Source: an uncultured virus (IMG/VR IMGVR_UViG_2850949226_000002)
Lineage: Duplodnaviria; Heunggongvirae; Uroviricota; Caudoviricetes
Virus record (IMG/VR): IMGVR_UViG_2850949226_000002
Strand: one strand, 5' to 3'
Length of the DNA: 20,000 nucleotides
A model generated the notes under the pieces. It had not been told where the DNA came from and made no database searches. It saw only the letters and a list, made by a program, of their open reading frames with translations. The translations under genes and the position numbers were made by a program. How positions within the stretch are numbered: the stretch's first letter is position 1; every line of letters starts with the position of its first letter. Shown here one piece after another: positions 1-9,054 of the stretch.

Positions 1-2
1 CT

Positions 3-650
3 AAAACGAATTCGCCAGCTTCTTGGTTCGCCCCACTCGTTACAATTGCGATGAAAGAGTCCGGAGGCCGTACGGGTCCGTCTACAATTAACCGTTGGGA
101 CTCGAACTGGAGACGTGGTACACCGTCAATGGGTCTTATGCAAACGATCAAACCAACGTTTGATGCGTATAAGCTTCCGGGCATGGGCGACATCATGAAT
201 CCGGTCCACAACGCGGTTGCGGCGATTCGTTATATCAAATCTCGCTATGGAAGCCCGTTTAATACTCCAGGCATCAGATCGATGGCGAAAGGCGGTCCGT
301 ACAAAGGATATAAAATCGGCGATATTGTGACGCAAAAGCAGCTCGCCTGGATTGCGGAAGAAGGTCCAGAAGCGATTATTCCGTTGCAAAACCATAGGCA
401 GCGGGCGCAGCAATTATGGACGGCGGCAGGAAGAGAAATCGGTATGGATCCGTCCGGTGGAAGTAACGAGGAGGAAATTGCTTTGCTACGGGGACAAAAC
501 GCATTACTGCGCCAAACCAACACGTTGCTAACAGGTATTCTACGTAAGGATCCGAATGTTATTGTCGACTCGACGGCGCTTACAGACAGTGTAGAAAAAG
601 GCCAAGCACAGAACATCGGATTCAATAAATTGTTGTGGGGTGATCGATAA
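3..650 (+). CDS. Tail tape measure protein, C-terminal part with SLT-type lytic transglycosylase domain (5'-partial)
   Basis: Frame is open from base 3 (KTNSPASWFAPLVTIAMKESGG). Shows catalytic ES, GLMQ (PSMGLMQTI), NP..N..AAIRYIKSRYG and AEEGPEAIIPL motifs, and lies directly upstream of Dit. Confidence 0.9.
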   Translation, partial: KTNSPASWFAPLVTIAMKESGGRTGPSTINRWDSNWRRGTPSMGLMQTIKPTFDAYKLPGMGDIMNPVHNAVAAIRYIKSRYGSPFNTPGIRSMAKGGPYKGYKIGDIVTQKQLAWIAEEGPEAIIPLQNHRQRAQQLWTAAGREIGMDPSGGSNEEEIALLRGQNALLRQTNTLLTGILRKDPNVIVDSTALTDSVEKGQAQNIGFNKLLWGDR

Positions 651-1472
651 TTGGCGTACCTGACGATTATAAAGAACGGTGAGACTATCGATCACCGTAA
701 ATACGGCTTAAAGCTTTTGAGCTTTCGTAAAGAATCATTAACACACCGGACTAACTACGAGGAAGTAGACGGTCGTCACGGCACGATTGATACCGGAACA
801 ACGTTCGGTGAGCGAAAGCTCAAAGCGAAGTTTATGATTCAGGGCGTAGACCATCTCGATTACCAATTGGTGATCGATGAGGTTTACGCTTTATTTGCGT
901 GCGAAGAACCTATAGAACTAATCGATTCGAGACAGCCCGGTAAAGTGTGGACGGTAAAACCGAGCAGCACCTTCGAGCCAGAAGACGTAAACCCAAGGAC
1001 CGGTACATTTGAAATTGAATTTACGTCTCCGATACCGTTTGCGAGTTCAGTCGGTTCGACACTTGATCCTTTCACATTCGGTGAAAATATTTGGCAGATA
1101 GGTCAGGGACTTATACCCGCGGATGAACTTGTTTATATCCATCGCACTAAAAAATTCAGAATCTATAACGCTGGTAACGTAACAGTCGATCCTTGTAACG
1201 AGATGCCTCTGAATATCGTATATTCCGGATCATCCACAAATTTTGCGATCAAGAATATAACAACGGATCAAACTGTTTCATACAACGGAACAACGAAATC
1301 AACCGACAAGATAAAACTCGAGGGGTTGCGCCATCTGAAAAACGGTATTAGCGTTTACGGAAATACTAATCGAGGATACATTTCGTTGAAACCTGGGTGG
1401 AATGACATCGAACTTTCTGGTACATCTGGAAGTTTCGAAATCTCGTTTGATTTCTTCTTTTTCTATAAGTAG
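651..1472 (+). CDS. Distal tail protein (Dit, Sipho_tail family)
   Basis: 273 aa, TTG start after GGGGTGA RBS. Motifs EEVDGRHG, FRIYNAGNVTVDP and ISLKPGWNDIE; position between TMP and Tal. Confidence 0.88.
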   Translation: MAYLTIIKNGETIDHRKYGLKLLSFRKESLTHRTNYEEVDGRHGTIDTGTTFGERKLKAKFMIQGVDHLDYQLVIDEVYALFACEEPIELIDSRQPGKVWTVKPSSTFEPEDVNPRTGTFEIEFTSPIPFASSVGSTLDPFTFGENIWQIGQGLIPADELVYIHRTKKFRIYNAGNVTVDPCNEMPLNIVYSGSSTNFAIKNITTDQTVSYNGTTKSTDKIKLEGLRHLKNGISVYGNTNRGYISLKPGWNDIELSGTSGSFEISFDFFFFYK

Positions 1473-1481
1473 GTGAATCAA

Positions 1482-3008
1482 TTGAAAATATTAGCGGTTA
1501 AAGATGCAACAGGTGTAATGGAGCCGTTGCCAGGCTTTGTGACAACGCGAACTGACGGTAGTGACGGTGCGCGGTCGTTAAAAGTTACGGGGGTCAAGAC
1601 TAAGAATAATCAGTCTGGCTATAACCTTGTCAAAAATGAAAATACACTTATTTTTGATAACGAAGAATATATCATCAAAACCCACCGAGAACGAACGTAC
1701 CGGAAAGGCGTCGGAGTTGAAGTAACGGCCATCCATCGTATCTTCGACGACTTAATGAATAACTATATATACGAAGAAAAGACGGGCACGCTTCGATTGG
1801 ATGCGATGCTCTCTTTTGCATTAGCGGGAAGTGGGTACACTTTCGAAATAGATACGACAGACTTGCCGATATCTGTCAGGGTAGAAAATTTCGGTTGGAA
1901 CAATTCGCTTGCTCTTTTTCGTGATATTCTCGAAAAGTTCGGAGCGGAGTTCGACTATAGAGGCAAGAAAATCTACGTTGCTAAAAAATTCGGCATTCAA
2001 AGAGATGATTCATTCTTGCGATATAAGTTCAACGTAAAAGATCCGCAAAAAGAGATCGATACCAGTAGTTTTTCGACATATATTCGAGGATATGGGAAGA
2101 AGGACGAAAAGGGCAATTATTTGTTCGCTGAATATAAGAGCCCGTTAGCGGAATTCTACGGCATCAAACATGCGGATCCGGTTAAAGACGAACGATACAC
2201 AGATAAAGAAAGTCTTCTAGCGGCCATGAAAAAGCAGCTAAACGATAGCATGGATATATCCCTCACGTTTACTGCAATTGAACTTAAAAGCATGGGGCTG
2301 TCTGATATTAAAAAAGGTGATTATGTATGGTGTGTTATTGAGCCTTTTGATTTGAACGTTCAGCTACGAGCGGTGAGTAGGGAGGATTACTCTGACGAAT
2401 CCAAATCGCCTACATTTACTTTCGGGTCGATAGCGAAAAAGGCTTCTGACATAATCGCAAGTTTTAATACAACAAAAAAAGCGGTCGACAAAGTTATTGA
2501 TACTTCAACTGGAAAAATAAAAGACTCTGCAATAAATATGAATGGAATCGCAACCAAGGCGGAACTTCAGTCCCACATAAGTAATACTGTTGTCCATATA
2601 ACCGCAGAAGAAAGAGCGACATGGAATGCGGCTTCGAATTCCCTGGATAATCTAGATTCGATTACATGGGCAACTCCAATTCTTAAAAATGGCTGGGTGC
2701 AGTACCCAGATCAAAGTTGGAATTATCCGATTCAGTACGGAAAAGATTTCGTTGGTACAGTCTACCTTCGAGGCGCCATATCCTCAGGTACAATTGGTAA
2801 CGCTATACCAGCTTTCACTCTTCCAGTTGGATATAGGCCTCCTTTCCCGTACTTGTTTATCGGAGTTTCGTCAGTGTCTCCAGATGGGATTCCACAGTAT
2901 TTCCGAGGCGTAGTCACTCCTAGTGGAGATGTGTGCATCGAAAACAGTTCTAGTGCAGAGTTGTCGAACCAATTCATCGGTATTTATACGCAATTTAAAG
3001 CTGTATAA
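1482..3008 (+). CDS. Tail-associated (Tal/prophage endopeptidase-type) baseplate hub protein with C-terminal fibre-like extension
   Basis: Motifs ENFGWNNSL, LRYKFNV, TYIRGYGK and YGIKHADPVKDERYT. The start is more likely TTG at 1482 (AGGTGA RBS 1471-1476) than GTG at 1473. Confidence 0.85.
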   Translation: MKILAVKDATGVMEPLPGFVTTRTDGSDGARSLKVTGVKTKNNQSGYNLVKNENTLIFDNEEYIIKTHRERTYRKGVGVEVTAIHRIFDDLMNNYIYEEKTGTLRLDAMLSFALAGSGYTFEIDTTDLPISVRVENFGWNNSLALFRDILEKFGAEFDYRGKKIYVAKKFGIQRDDSFLRYKFNVKDPQKEIDTSSFSTYIRGYGKKDEKGNYLFAEYKSPLAEFYGIKHADPVKDERYTDKESLLAAMKKQLNDSMDISLTFTAIELKSMGLSDIKKGDYVWCVIEPFDLNVQLRAVSREDYSDESKSPTFTFGSIAKKASDIIASFNTTKKAVDKVIDTSTGKIKDSAINMNGIATKAELQSHISNTVVHITAEERATWNAASNSLDNLDSITWATPILKNGWVQYPDQSWNYPIQYGKDFVGTVYLRGAISSGTIGNAIPAFTLPVGYRPPFPYLFIGVSSVSPDGIPQYFRGVVTPSGDVCIENSSSAELSNQFIGIYTQFKAV

Positions 3009-3050
3009 TAGGCAGTCATACCAGGGTGAAAATAGCAAAGGAGGAGACAG

Positions 3051-5099
3051 ATGCCGAATTACCCTTATAAAAAAGCAGGCAATGCTTTCGATCGTGATTT
3101 TAGAAACAGCTACAATGACAATCTAGTGGATATTGCGGAAGACATTAGTGGATCATACAATGGATTAAAATCTCATATTAAAGGTCAGGCATCCCATACG
3201 TCCGATCAAATAAGCCACCTTGACGGGTTAACAGTCTCAGATGAGATTGAGAAAACGAAAAAACGGATCAATAACCTAATTTTAAACGCGGACGGAACAA
3301 ATATAAAAGAGGTTGTAGACCTCCGAGTGAATAATAAAGGGGAAGTTTTCGATACAGCCAACGATCGATTATTCAATACAGAAAGTAGAATTGATAACCT
3401 TTATGGGGAGCAAGTAAAAAGAGATCGAAAGTTCGAGGAGTACCTTAATTATCAAAAAATTATATTCTCTGTTTTGGCCAGGGATAACTCTCTGCCATTC
3501 CCACAAGCCATTTCTATAAATCAAGAAGACGATGAGTTGTATATTGCAAGGCAAGAAAACGGTGGTAGTGTTTGTATCATTTCGCGCTATGAACTATCTA
3601 CATCAGCTCTGAAGGATTCCCAACAATTTACGATCACAAGTTCAACGTATAACGAGGGTATTCCTTGGTTTAAGAACTCAGAAGGGGAATTGTGCTTTCT
3701 TGTGAGGCAGCAGTTTGAAAATGAGCTTTCTATCTTTAACTATACCACTGGGGAAATAGAAGAAACGATGGAAGTTCTCGGATCATATAAGACGGGAAAT
3801 GATATCGATAAAAAATACTTCGTTTCCGGAAACTCAACGAATGAGAGAATGGACCGGATATACATTTATGATTTTCAAAGTATTATCGCAGGAAGTCCTA
3901 GATTGCTAATGGAGGTCTCAGTAAACAACCAAGAGATTATGTTTGAAAAGGTACAAGGGATTACTTTCCATGATAATAAAATTGTCTTAGGACAAGGAAA
4001 AGATTACCCTGCGATTACCGTCCTTAATCTAGACGGAAGCATTGCTAAGTCGTATTCATTCTCGAAAGAGTCATTCGCTGACTTAATTGAGCAGAACTAC
4101 GATTTTGACAGAGTCAATTACGCCTTCGAAAATGAGGGTGTTTGTATGTTTAATTATGATGGATACGTTATTCCGGCTCTGATGCAAATAGCGGTTGAAA
4201 GAAGCGGTAGGGAACTGGTATTTGTGACGTTAGCTGGAGCGCAAGACGGAAAGCTAATCGAGACTGCTCCGCGACCGCGGCCGAATATCACAGATATAAC
4301 GTACGATAAAGTCGCATTGCATATGCCGAACAGGAACTTCGTAACTAACGGAGCCTTCGACGTATGGCAGCGTGGAACTAGTTTTACTGATGATGGTGTA
4401 TTCACTGCTGACAGGTGGCTCGTTAATGCTGTTGGTACCAATGAGAGCGGGATCAATCGGACTGAAAGAGTGAAAAAGCCGATGAGTGCTCCTTTTTCTA
4501 ATAAGTATGGTTTAAGAATAACGAAATTGAAAAATGTTCCGGATCTCTCGAGAACTGATTTAATACAGCGAATAGAAAATCCAACTCAGTTTAAAAGCGG
4601 CGAAGATTATACTTTAGCTTTATGGGCGAGGACCAATAAATCCTCTCACAGAATGAAACTTCATCTTGATATGACACATGATGGAAAACACGACAATCTT
4701 GCAATCCGTTCTTGTCAAGTAACAACCAGGCTCACATTCTTTGTATTGAACATAAAGATGCCTGATATGTCAGCTTATAAATTTAAGGAAGAAGACTACG
4801 TTGAAGTTCAAATAGATGTCGACACAACAAACAGTTCTTCCTATGATAGTTTGGCTCCCGGCGAATGGGTAGAATTTTACCTAGTCAAATTAGAAAAAGG
4901 AAGATTTGCTACGCCATATGTCGCACGTCCTCTAACTGAAGAAATAGCCGAGTGTCAAAGATATTACCAAGTCCTCAGCACCGGCTCTGTAAAGCAAGTT
5001 GATCTTAGGCCGATGATGCGTAAAACGCCAACAGTTACACAAAGATCTGACGGGAATTACGGGTACGATGCGGAGCTACCTGAAACTCCAACATACTAA
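3051..5099 (+). CDS. Putative receptor-binding/baseplate protein: coiled N-terminus, TagC/phi11-Gp45-like beta-propeller, C-terminal carbohydrate-binding-like domain
   Basis: 682 aa, GGAGG RBS. EVVDLRV...GEVFDTANDRL stem motif; FPQAISINQEDDELYIARQ, VQGITF and ENEG propeller-type motifs; RNFVTNGAFDVWQRGTSF...TADRW and EIAECQRYYQ typical of phage tail CBM-like modules. Confidence 0.7.
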   Translation: MPNYPYKKAGNAFDRDFRNSYNDNLVDIAEDISGSYNGLKSHIKGQASHTSDQISHLDGLTVSDEIEKTKKRINNLILNADGTNIKEVVDLRVNNKGEVFDTANDRLFNTESRIDNLYGEQVKRDRKFEEYLNYQKIIFSVLARDNSLPFPQAISINQEDDELYIARQENGGSVCIISRYELSTSALKDSQQFTITSSTYNEGIPWFKNSEGELCFLVRQQFENELSIFNYTTGEIEETMEVLGSYKTGNDIDKKYFVSGNSTNERMDRIYIYDFQSIIAGSPRLLMEVSVNNQEIMFEKVQGITFHDNKIVLGQGKDYPAITVLNLDGSIAKSYSFSKESFADLIEQNYDFDRVNYAFENEGVCMFNYDGYVIPALMQIAVERSGRELVFVTLAGAQDGKLIETAPRPRPNITDITYDKVALHMPNRNFVTNGAFDVWQRGTSFTDDGVFTADRWLVNAVGTNESGINRTERVKKPMSAPFSNKYGLRITKLKNVPDLSRTDLIQRIENPTQFKSGEDYTLALWARTNKSSHRMKLHLDMTHDGKHDNLAIRSCQVTTRLTFFVLNIKMPDMSAYKFKEEDYVEVQIDVDTTNSSSYDSLAPGEWVEFYLVKLEKGRFATPYVARPLTEEIAECQRYYQVLSTGSVKQVDLRPMMRKTPTVTQRSDGNYGYDAELPETPTY

Positions 5100-5119
5100 A
5101 AGAAAGGGAGGTAATACTG

Positions 5120-6559
5120 TTGGCTATTTATAAAACCGGCTCTTACACGTTTGATATAAACCCGATAACAGAAGGAAATTATAATTCAGCTTTTATATTT
5201 TCGACGCAAGATATTAATACGGCAAAGTTGATATTTTATTTACGCAAGGACGGCATCCCTTTGCCCCTATCAGCTGTGACCGGGAAAGTAATCCTCGTTC
5301 CGCCAAGCGGCAAGCAAAGAATACGGGACGTCACGATAGTTGATCCGTTTGAAGGTATCGCAGAGTACGTTTTAGACAAGGACGAAATTAAAATGTATGG
5401 CAAATTCAATTGTCAGCTCATTCTAAAGTATACGAACGGACAGTCACTCTCTGCGCACAAATTCGGCTTTGAAGTATCGCAAAGTCTTGCGGACCAGAAT
5501 ATCGCACCTCTTGCGGAATATTACGTCGATGATTTTGAATCGTTAAAAGCGTTGATCATCGCGTTGTATGACGAAGAAACAGCGATGCTCGACGAATTAA
5601 AAGCGAAGTTCTCGGACCTCGACCGGATCGAGACGAAAGAGGGAGCGCAGGAAAAGGCGGATGCTGCGGAAGCTCACGCAAAGGCTTATACGGATGCACA
5701 CGCAGCTAAGACGGACAATCCGCACAAGGTAACGAAAGCGCAGGTCGGGTTATCCAACGTTGATAACGTCAAGCAAGCGACGAAAACAGAGTTTGATAGC
5801 CATGCTAATAATAAGAGCAACCCTCACGCTGTAACGAAGGCACAAGTTGGATTGGCTAACGTTGACAACGTAAAACAGGCAGCGAAAACGGATTTTGATG
5901 CACATACTGCGGATAATGTACGCCATATTACCGCTGATGAGCGGACTAAGTGGAATAAGGGGCAACTGTATAAATTGACACAAGATAATGGTGTGCGAAT
6001 CCTTATTCCTGATGGTACTGATTTATTAACTTTGCCGCCTGGTTTTTATTACGGTATCAATAATAGACTGCTTAATAACCCCGACCCTAATGATGCTGGA
6101 TGGTTCAATTATGACATTATGGATGGAAACTCTGGAAGAAAAACAATTATAGCCACAGCAAGTTACCACAATAAGATGTAGTTCGCAACCATCCACACAG
6201 ATGGAGTCTTTAGGGGCTGGAATCGTATTATAACTGCTAATGATCTTGAGCCTGCATGGACTGAAGTTCCTTTGAAAAACGGTGCGGAACATGGGGCTAG
6301 AAAAGTTATGTGTGCAAATGTTGGGGGCTTGCTTTATTTAAAGGGTGAGATCATCACTAATAGGAGTGTAGTTTTCGGAACCCTCCCGGCATCTTATAGA
6401 CCTGCCCAACTACGCAGCAAGCTTGTTCCTATATTCGGTACAACAGGGATGACTAAATTGTATATTGAAACAAACGGAAATATGAGGCTGGAGGGGCAAA
6501 TCGCTGATAAGTCCGAGAACATAACTTCTTATGGTTTGGACGAAATTATTCCCCTGTAG
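5120..6559 (+). pseudogene. BppU (DUF2479)-domain baseplate upper/tail fibre protein interrupted by one in-frame TAG at 6179-6181
   Basis: ORFs 5120-6181 and 6272-6559 share a frame, and the 30 codons between them are open (FATIHTDGVFRGWNRII...). N-terminal FSTQDINTAKLIFYLRKDG...GIAEYVL matches BppU_N. Full length would be 479 codons plus stop. Confidence 0.85.
5717..5905 (+). repeat. Two tandem 34-aa (102-bp) fibre repeats NPHxVTKAQVGLxNVDNVKQAxKTxFDxH
   Basis: Units start at 5717 and 5819. They are nearly identical as protein but differ at many synonymous sites. Confidence 0.9.
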
Positions 6560-6571
6560 GAGAGATAAATC

Positions 6572-6868
6572 ATGAAAAACATTTTTAAATATGACAAAGA
6601 GACGTTCTTGTTAATTGATAATGATATTATTCAGCCTGATGATCAAGGGAATTATGAAATTCCGGATGGGTGGACAGACATTCCATTTGACCCGGGTTTA
6701 TATCTTCCGAAGTTTTATCCGGACGAAAAGGTGTGGAAGGAATCGGCTACAAAAGAGTATATTGAAAGCTTGCAGCCTCCGGAGCCTGATCCCGGACCGT
6801 CAGAAACCGAGGTTCTCCAGAAACAAGTGGCGGATTTATACTACTTAATCGCGTTAGGAGGTTCGTAA
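6572..6868 (+). CDS. Small phage tail-associated protein (fibre assembly/XkdW-position protein)
   Basis: 98 aa, AGGAGAG RBS. IPDGWTDIP...GLYLPKFYP..KVW.ESATKEYIESL and terminal E.LQKQVADL, located between the fibre gene and XkdX. Confidence 0.65.
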   Translation: MKNIFKYDKETFLLIDNDIIQPDDQGNYEIPDGWTDIPFDPGLYLPKFYPDEKVWKESATKEYIESLQPPEPDPGPSETEVLQKQVADLYYLIALGGS

Positions 6869-7063
6869 ATGCCAATCGATTGGTACACGTATATTAAAGG
6901 ATTCTACGAAGACGGTCTTTGGACGAAAAAGCAAGTGCATGACGTTGTGGCTGCCGGACGGATCACGCCGGAACAATACGAGGAAATTACCGGAGATCCT
7001 TACGATCCTGATTCGCCGCCAAACGAAGACGAAAACGTAACTAATAGCGAACAGGAGGCGTAG
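6869..7063 (+). CDS. xkdX: XkdX family protein
   Basis: DWY..IK.FY..GLWTK.QV...V..GRITPEQYEEITG signature; AGGAGG RBS. Confidence 0.88.
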   Translation: MPIDWYTYIKGFYEDGLWTKKQVHDVVAAGRITPEQYEEITGDPYDPDSPPNEDENVTNSEQEA

Positions 7064-7066
7064 TCA

Positions 7067-7330
7067 TTGGGCGAACCGTCGAACAACGAATTGCACGGTA
7101 AGATTGCCGATATTCGCGAATGGCTTGTACGAATCGATACGAAGGTCGACTATTTCAACGAAGTAAAACATACGGCAGATCGAGCGCATGAAAAGGCGGA
7201 TGAGGCGTTGGCACTCGCGAAAGAAAGTCGGGCGGATATCTCCGACATGAAAGCAAATACGAAATGGTTATGGGGCGTAATTCTCACGGTCGTCGGGTTA
7301 GCGATCTCGGGAATTGCGCTATTTTTATGA
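7067..7330 (+). CDS. xhlA: XhlA-like (hemolysin XhlA family) lysis protein
   Basis: 87 aa, TTG start after AGGAGG. Coiled coil followed by NTKWLWG and a single C-terminal TM helix; upstream of the lysin. Confidence 0.75.
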   Translation: MGEPSNNELHGKIADIREWLVRIDTKVDYFNEVKHTADRAHEKADEALALAKESRADISDMKANTKWLWGVILTVVGLAISGIALFL

Positions 7331-7361
7331 GCCCGTTCGGCGAGAGTCCGGCGGGCTTTTT
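7330..7361 (+). terminator. Intrinsic terminator between xhlA and amidase
   Basis: AGCCCG-TTCGG-cgagagt-CCGG-CGGGCT hairpin followed by a T run. Confidence 0.7.
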
Positions 7362-7396
7362 ATATACGCAAAATTAACGAAAAGGGAGACGATTAG

Positions 7397-8332
7397 ATGG
7401 CGATTTCAGTCAAGAAAAACCTCGTCGCATCAAGCAAATATCACGTTAAGTGTCCGTATTCAATGGATGCGAAGTACATTACGTTTCACAATACGGCGAA
7501 CGACGCTTCAGCAGCGAATGAAATTGCGTACATGATCCGCAATAACAACCAAGTATCGTATCACTTTGCGGTAGACGATAAAGAGGTCGTTCAGGGGATT
7601 CCGACAAACCGTAACGCATGGCATTGCGGAGACGGCAACGGACCAGGCAACCGTTCATCTATCGGCGTCGAGGTTTGCTATTCGAAATCAGGCGGCGCTA
7701 AGTATAAAGCGGCCGAAAAACTTGCGATTAAATTCATCGCTCAGCTTTTAAAAGAGCGCGGTTGGGGCGTTGATCGCGTTAAAAAACACCAGGATTGGAG
7801 CGGAAAATACTGCCCGCACCGTGTACTCGATGAGGGGCGTTGGGATGCGGTGAAAGCGGCCATCGCTACGGAATTGAAGGCGCTCGGAGGAAAGTCGTCT
7901 AGCCCGGCGAAACCAGCGGCTAAGCCATCCGGTGCAACTTATACCGTAAAGAAAGGCGACACGCTTTCGGAAATCGCGGTTAAAACAGGCGTTAGTGTGG
8001 CGAAACTCCAGTCCTATAACGGTATTAAAAATCCGAACAAAATCATGGTCGGCCAGGTTCTGAATCTTACGGGAAGCAGCGGTTCCAAACCGTCATCAAG
8101 CGGTAAGAAATGCGTATATCTTCCGGCATCTGCCGACTCATGGCGCATCTATCCGACTAACAAAGCGCCGGTCAAAGGGAACGAATGCGGATTCTTGCGG
8201 CCGAAGAAATTTGGCGGTCTTAAATACGAGATCCTTGCGAACCCTCAAACGGACGTCTATACAATCAAGACGGATCAGTTCGGAAAAGTGAATATCTACG
8301 CGGCGAAATCAACTGGCGCAACTATTAAATAA
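7397..8332 (+). CDS. Endolysin, N-acetylmuramoyl-L-alanine amidase (Amidase_2) with LysM domain, XlyA/CwlA-like
   Basis: Zn-amidase motifs [34 protein letters not shown] and [13 protein letters not shown]; Lys[14 protein letters not shown]...NKIMVGQVL. Confidence 0.96.
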   Translation: MAISVKKNLVASSKYHVKCPYSMDAKYITFHNTANDASAANEIAYMIRNNNQVSYHFAVDDKEVVQGIPTNRNAWHCGDGNGPGNRSSIGVEVCYSKSGGAKYKAAEKLAIKFIAQLLKERGWGVDRVKKHQDWSGKYCPHRVLDEGRWDAVKAAIATELKALGGKSSSPAKPAAKPSGATYTVKKGDTLSEIAVKTGVSVAKLQSYNGIKNPNKIMVGQVLNLTGSSGSKPSSSGKKCVYLPASADSWRIYPTNKAPVKGNECGFLRPKKFGGLKYEILANPQTDVYTIKTDQFGKVNIYAAKSTGATIK

Positions 8333-8353
8333 CAGAAAAGGGAGACGATATAA

Positions 8354-8611
8354 ATGGAAGAAGTATTATTATTTGCGACTGTGTTGGCGCCCATCCTAAC
8401 GGCGCTTGTTCAACTTGTTAAGAAAACGATTAACATGCCGACCAATGTTGTGCCTGCGGTTAGCTTCGTTTTAGGAATCGCACTCGGAGCCGTGGCCTAT
8501 CCGTTTACGGACCTCGAACTAGTATTGCGGTTGTGGGCCGGCGGTTTTGCGGGACTGGCTGCGACGGGTCTTTTCGAGATCGGCGCAAAACGTGAAGGAA
8601 CGACTAAGTAA
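8354..8611 (+). CDS. Holin (A118-like, three TM helices)
   Basis: 85 aa, three hydrophobic segments, LVQLVKKT and WAGGFAGLAATGLFE motifs, charged C-tail, next to the lysin. Confidence 0.85.
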   Translation: MEEVLLFATVLAPILTALVQLVKKTINMPTNVVPAVSFVLGIALGAVAYPFTDLELVLRLWAGGFAGLAATGLFEIGAKREGTTK

Positions 8612-8612
8612 G

Positions 8613-8640
8613 CGGAACTTTTGGCGGGCGCCTGCGTATA
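8613..8640 (+). promoter_or_regulatory. Candidate ECF (SigW-like) promoter
   Basis: CGGAAC-TTTT...(16-nt spacer)-CGTATA versus SigW consensus TGAAAC-N16-CGTA; 60 bp upstream of the 8700 gene. Confidence 0.5.
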
Positions 8641-8699
8641 AATTCGTAGGTGCTCGTATACATAAATCAGCTATAATATAAATAACGGAGGTTGATCGA

Positions 8700-9017
8700 A
8701 TGGATTTCGTACGTGTAGAAGTACTGAAGAGGCGGATGTCGGTTGGGCGTATAATTCCTCGCGTTCTTTCAGGCCTAATTGGATTGTTCTTGTTGTTGAT
8801 CAGCATAATATTGTTCGTTACTATTATCGGTATACTGCCAGGAATAGGTTTAGGCGGCATCGGACTCCTCTTCTTAGTCGGAGCATTTACGGGCAGTGAG
8901 CAGTTCGAATGCCCTCGTTGCGGATTCAAAAAGAATATTATTCTATACGGAAAACATAACGCAAGCTGTCGAAAATGTAAACAAAACATATCGATAGACT
9001 GGATAAAGGATAAATAA
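8700..9017 (+). CDS. Small membrane protein with two TM helices and C-terminal zinc ribbon (moron)
   Basis: 105 aa, GGAGG RBS. Hydrophobic hairpin at about aa 20-62, then CPRC...CRKC. Confidence 0.8.
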   Translation: MDFVRVEVLKRRMSVGRIIPRVLSGLIGLFLLLISIILFVTIIGILPGIGLGGIGLLFLVGAFTGSEQFECPRCGFKKNIILYGKHNASCRKCKQNISIDWIKDK

Positions 9018-9048
9018 AAACTCTACCCTTATCCGGTAGAGTTTTTTT
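9016..9048. terminator. Bidirectional intrinsic terminator
   Basis: AAAAA-CTCTACC-cttatcc-GGTAGAG-TTTTTTT between convergent genes. Confidence 0.9.
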
Positions 9049-9054
9049 CTTTCT

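Noticed and set aside
6179..6181. Genome-wide amber recoding or suppression by the nearby tRNA
   Set aside because: TAG is the normal stop of several intact genes here (1472, 6559, 7063, 12113), and the tRNA anticodon is CAA, not CUA.
3051..6559. Diversity-generating retroelement or invertible tail-fibre cassette
   Set aside because: No reverse transcriptase or invertase, and no near-identical DNA repeat pair seen; the shared tip domains are similar only at protein level.
651..7069. Frequent TTG starts (651, 1482, 5120, 7067) linked to the UUG-decoding tRNA-Leu(CAA)
   Set aside because: Start codons are read by initiator tRNA-fMet, and TTG starts are common in Bacillus.
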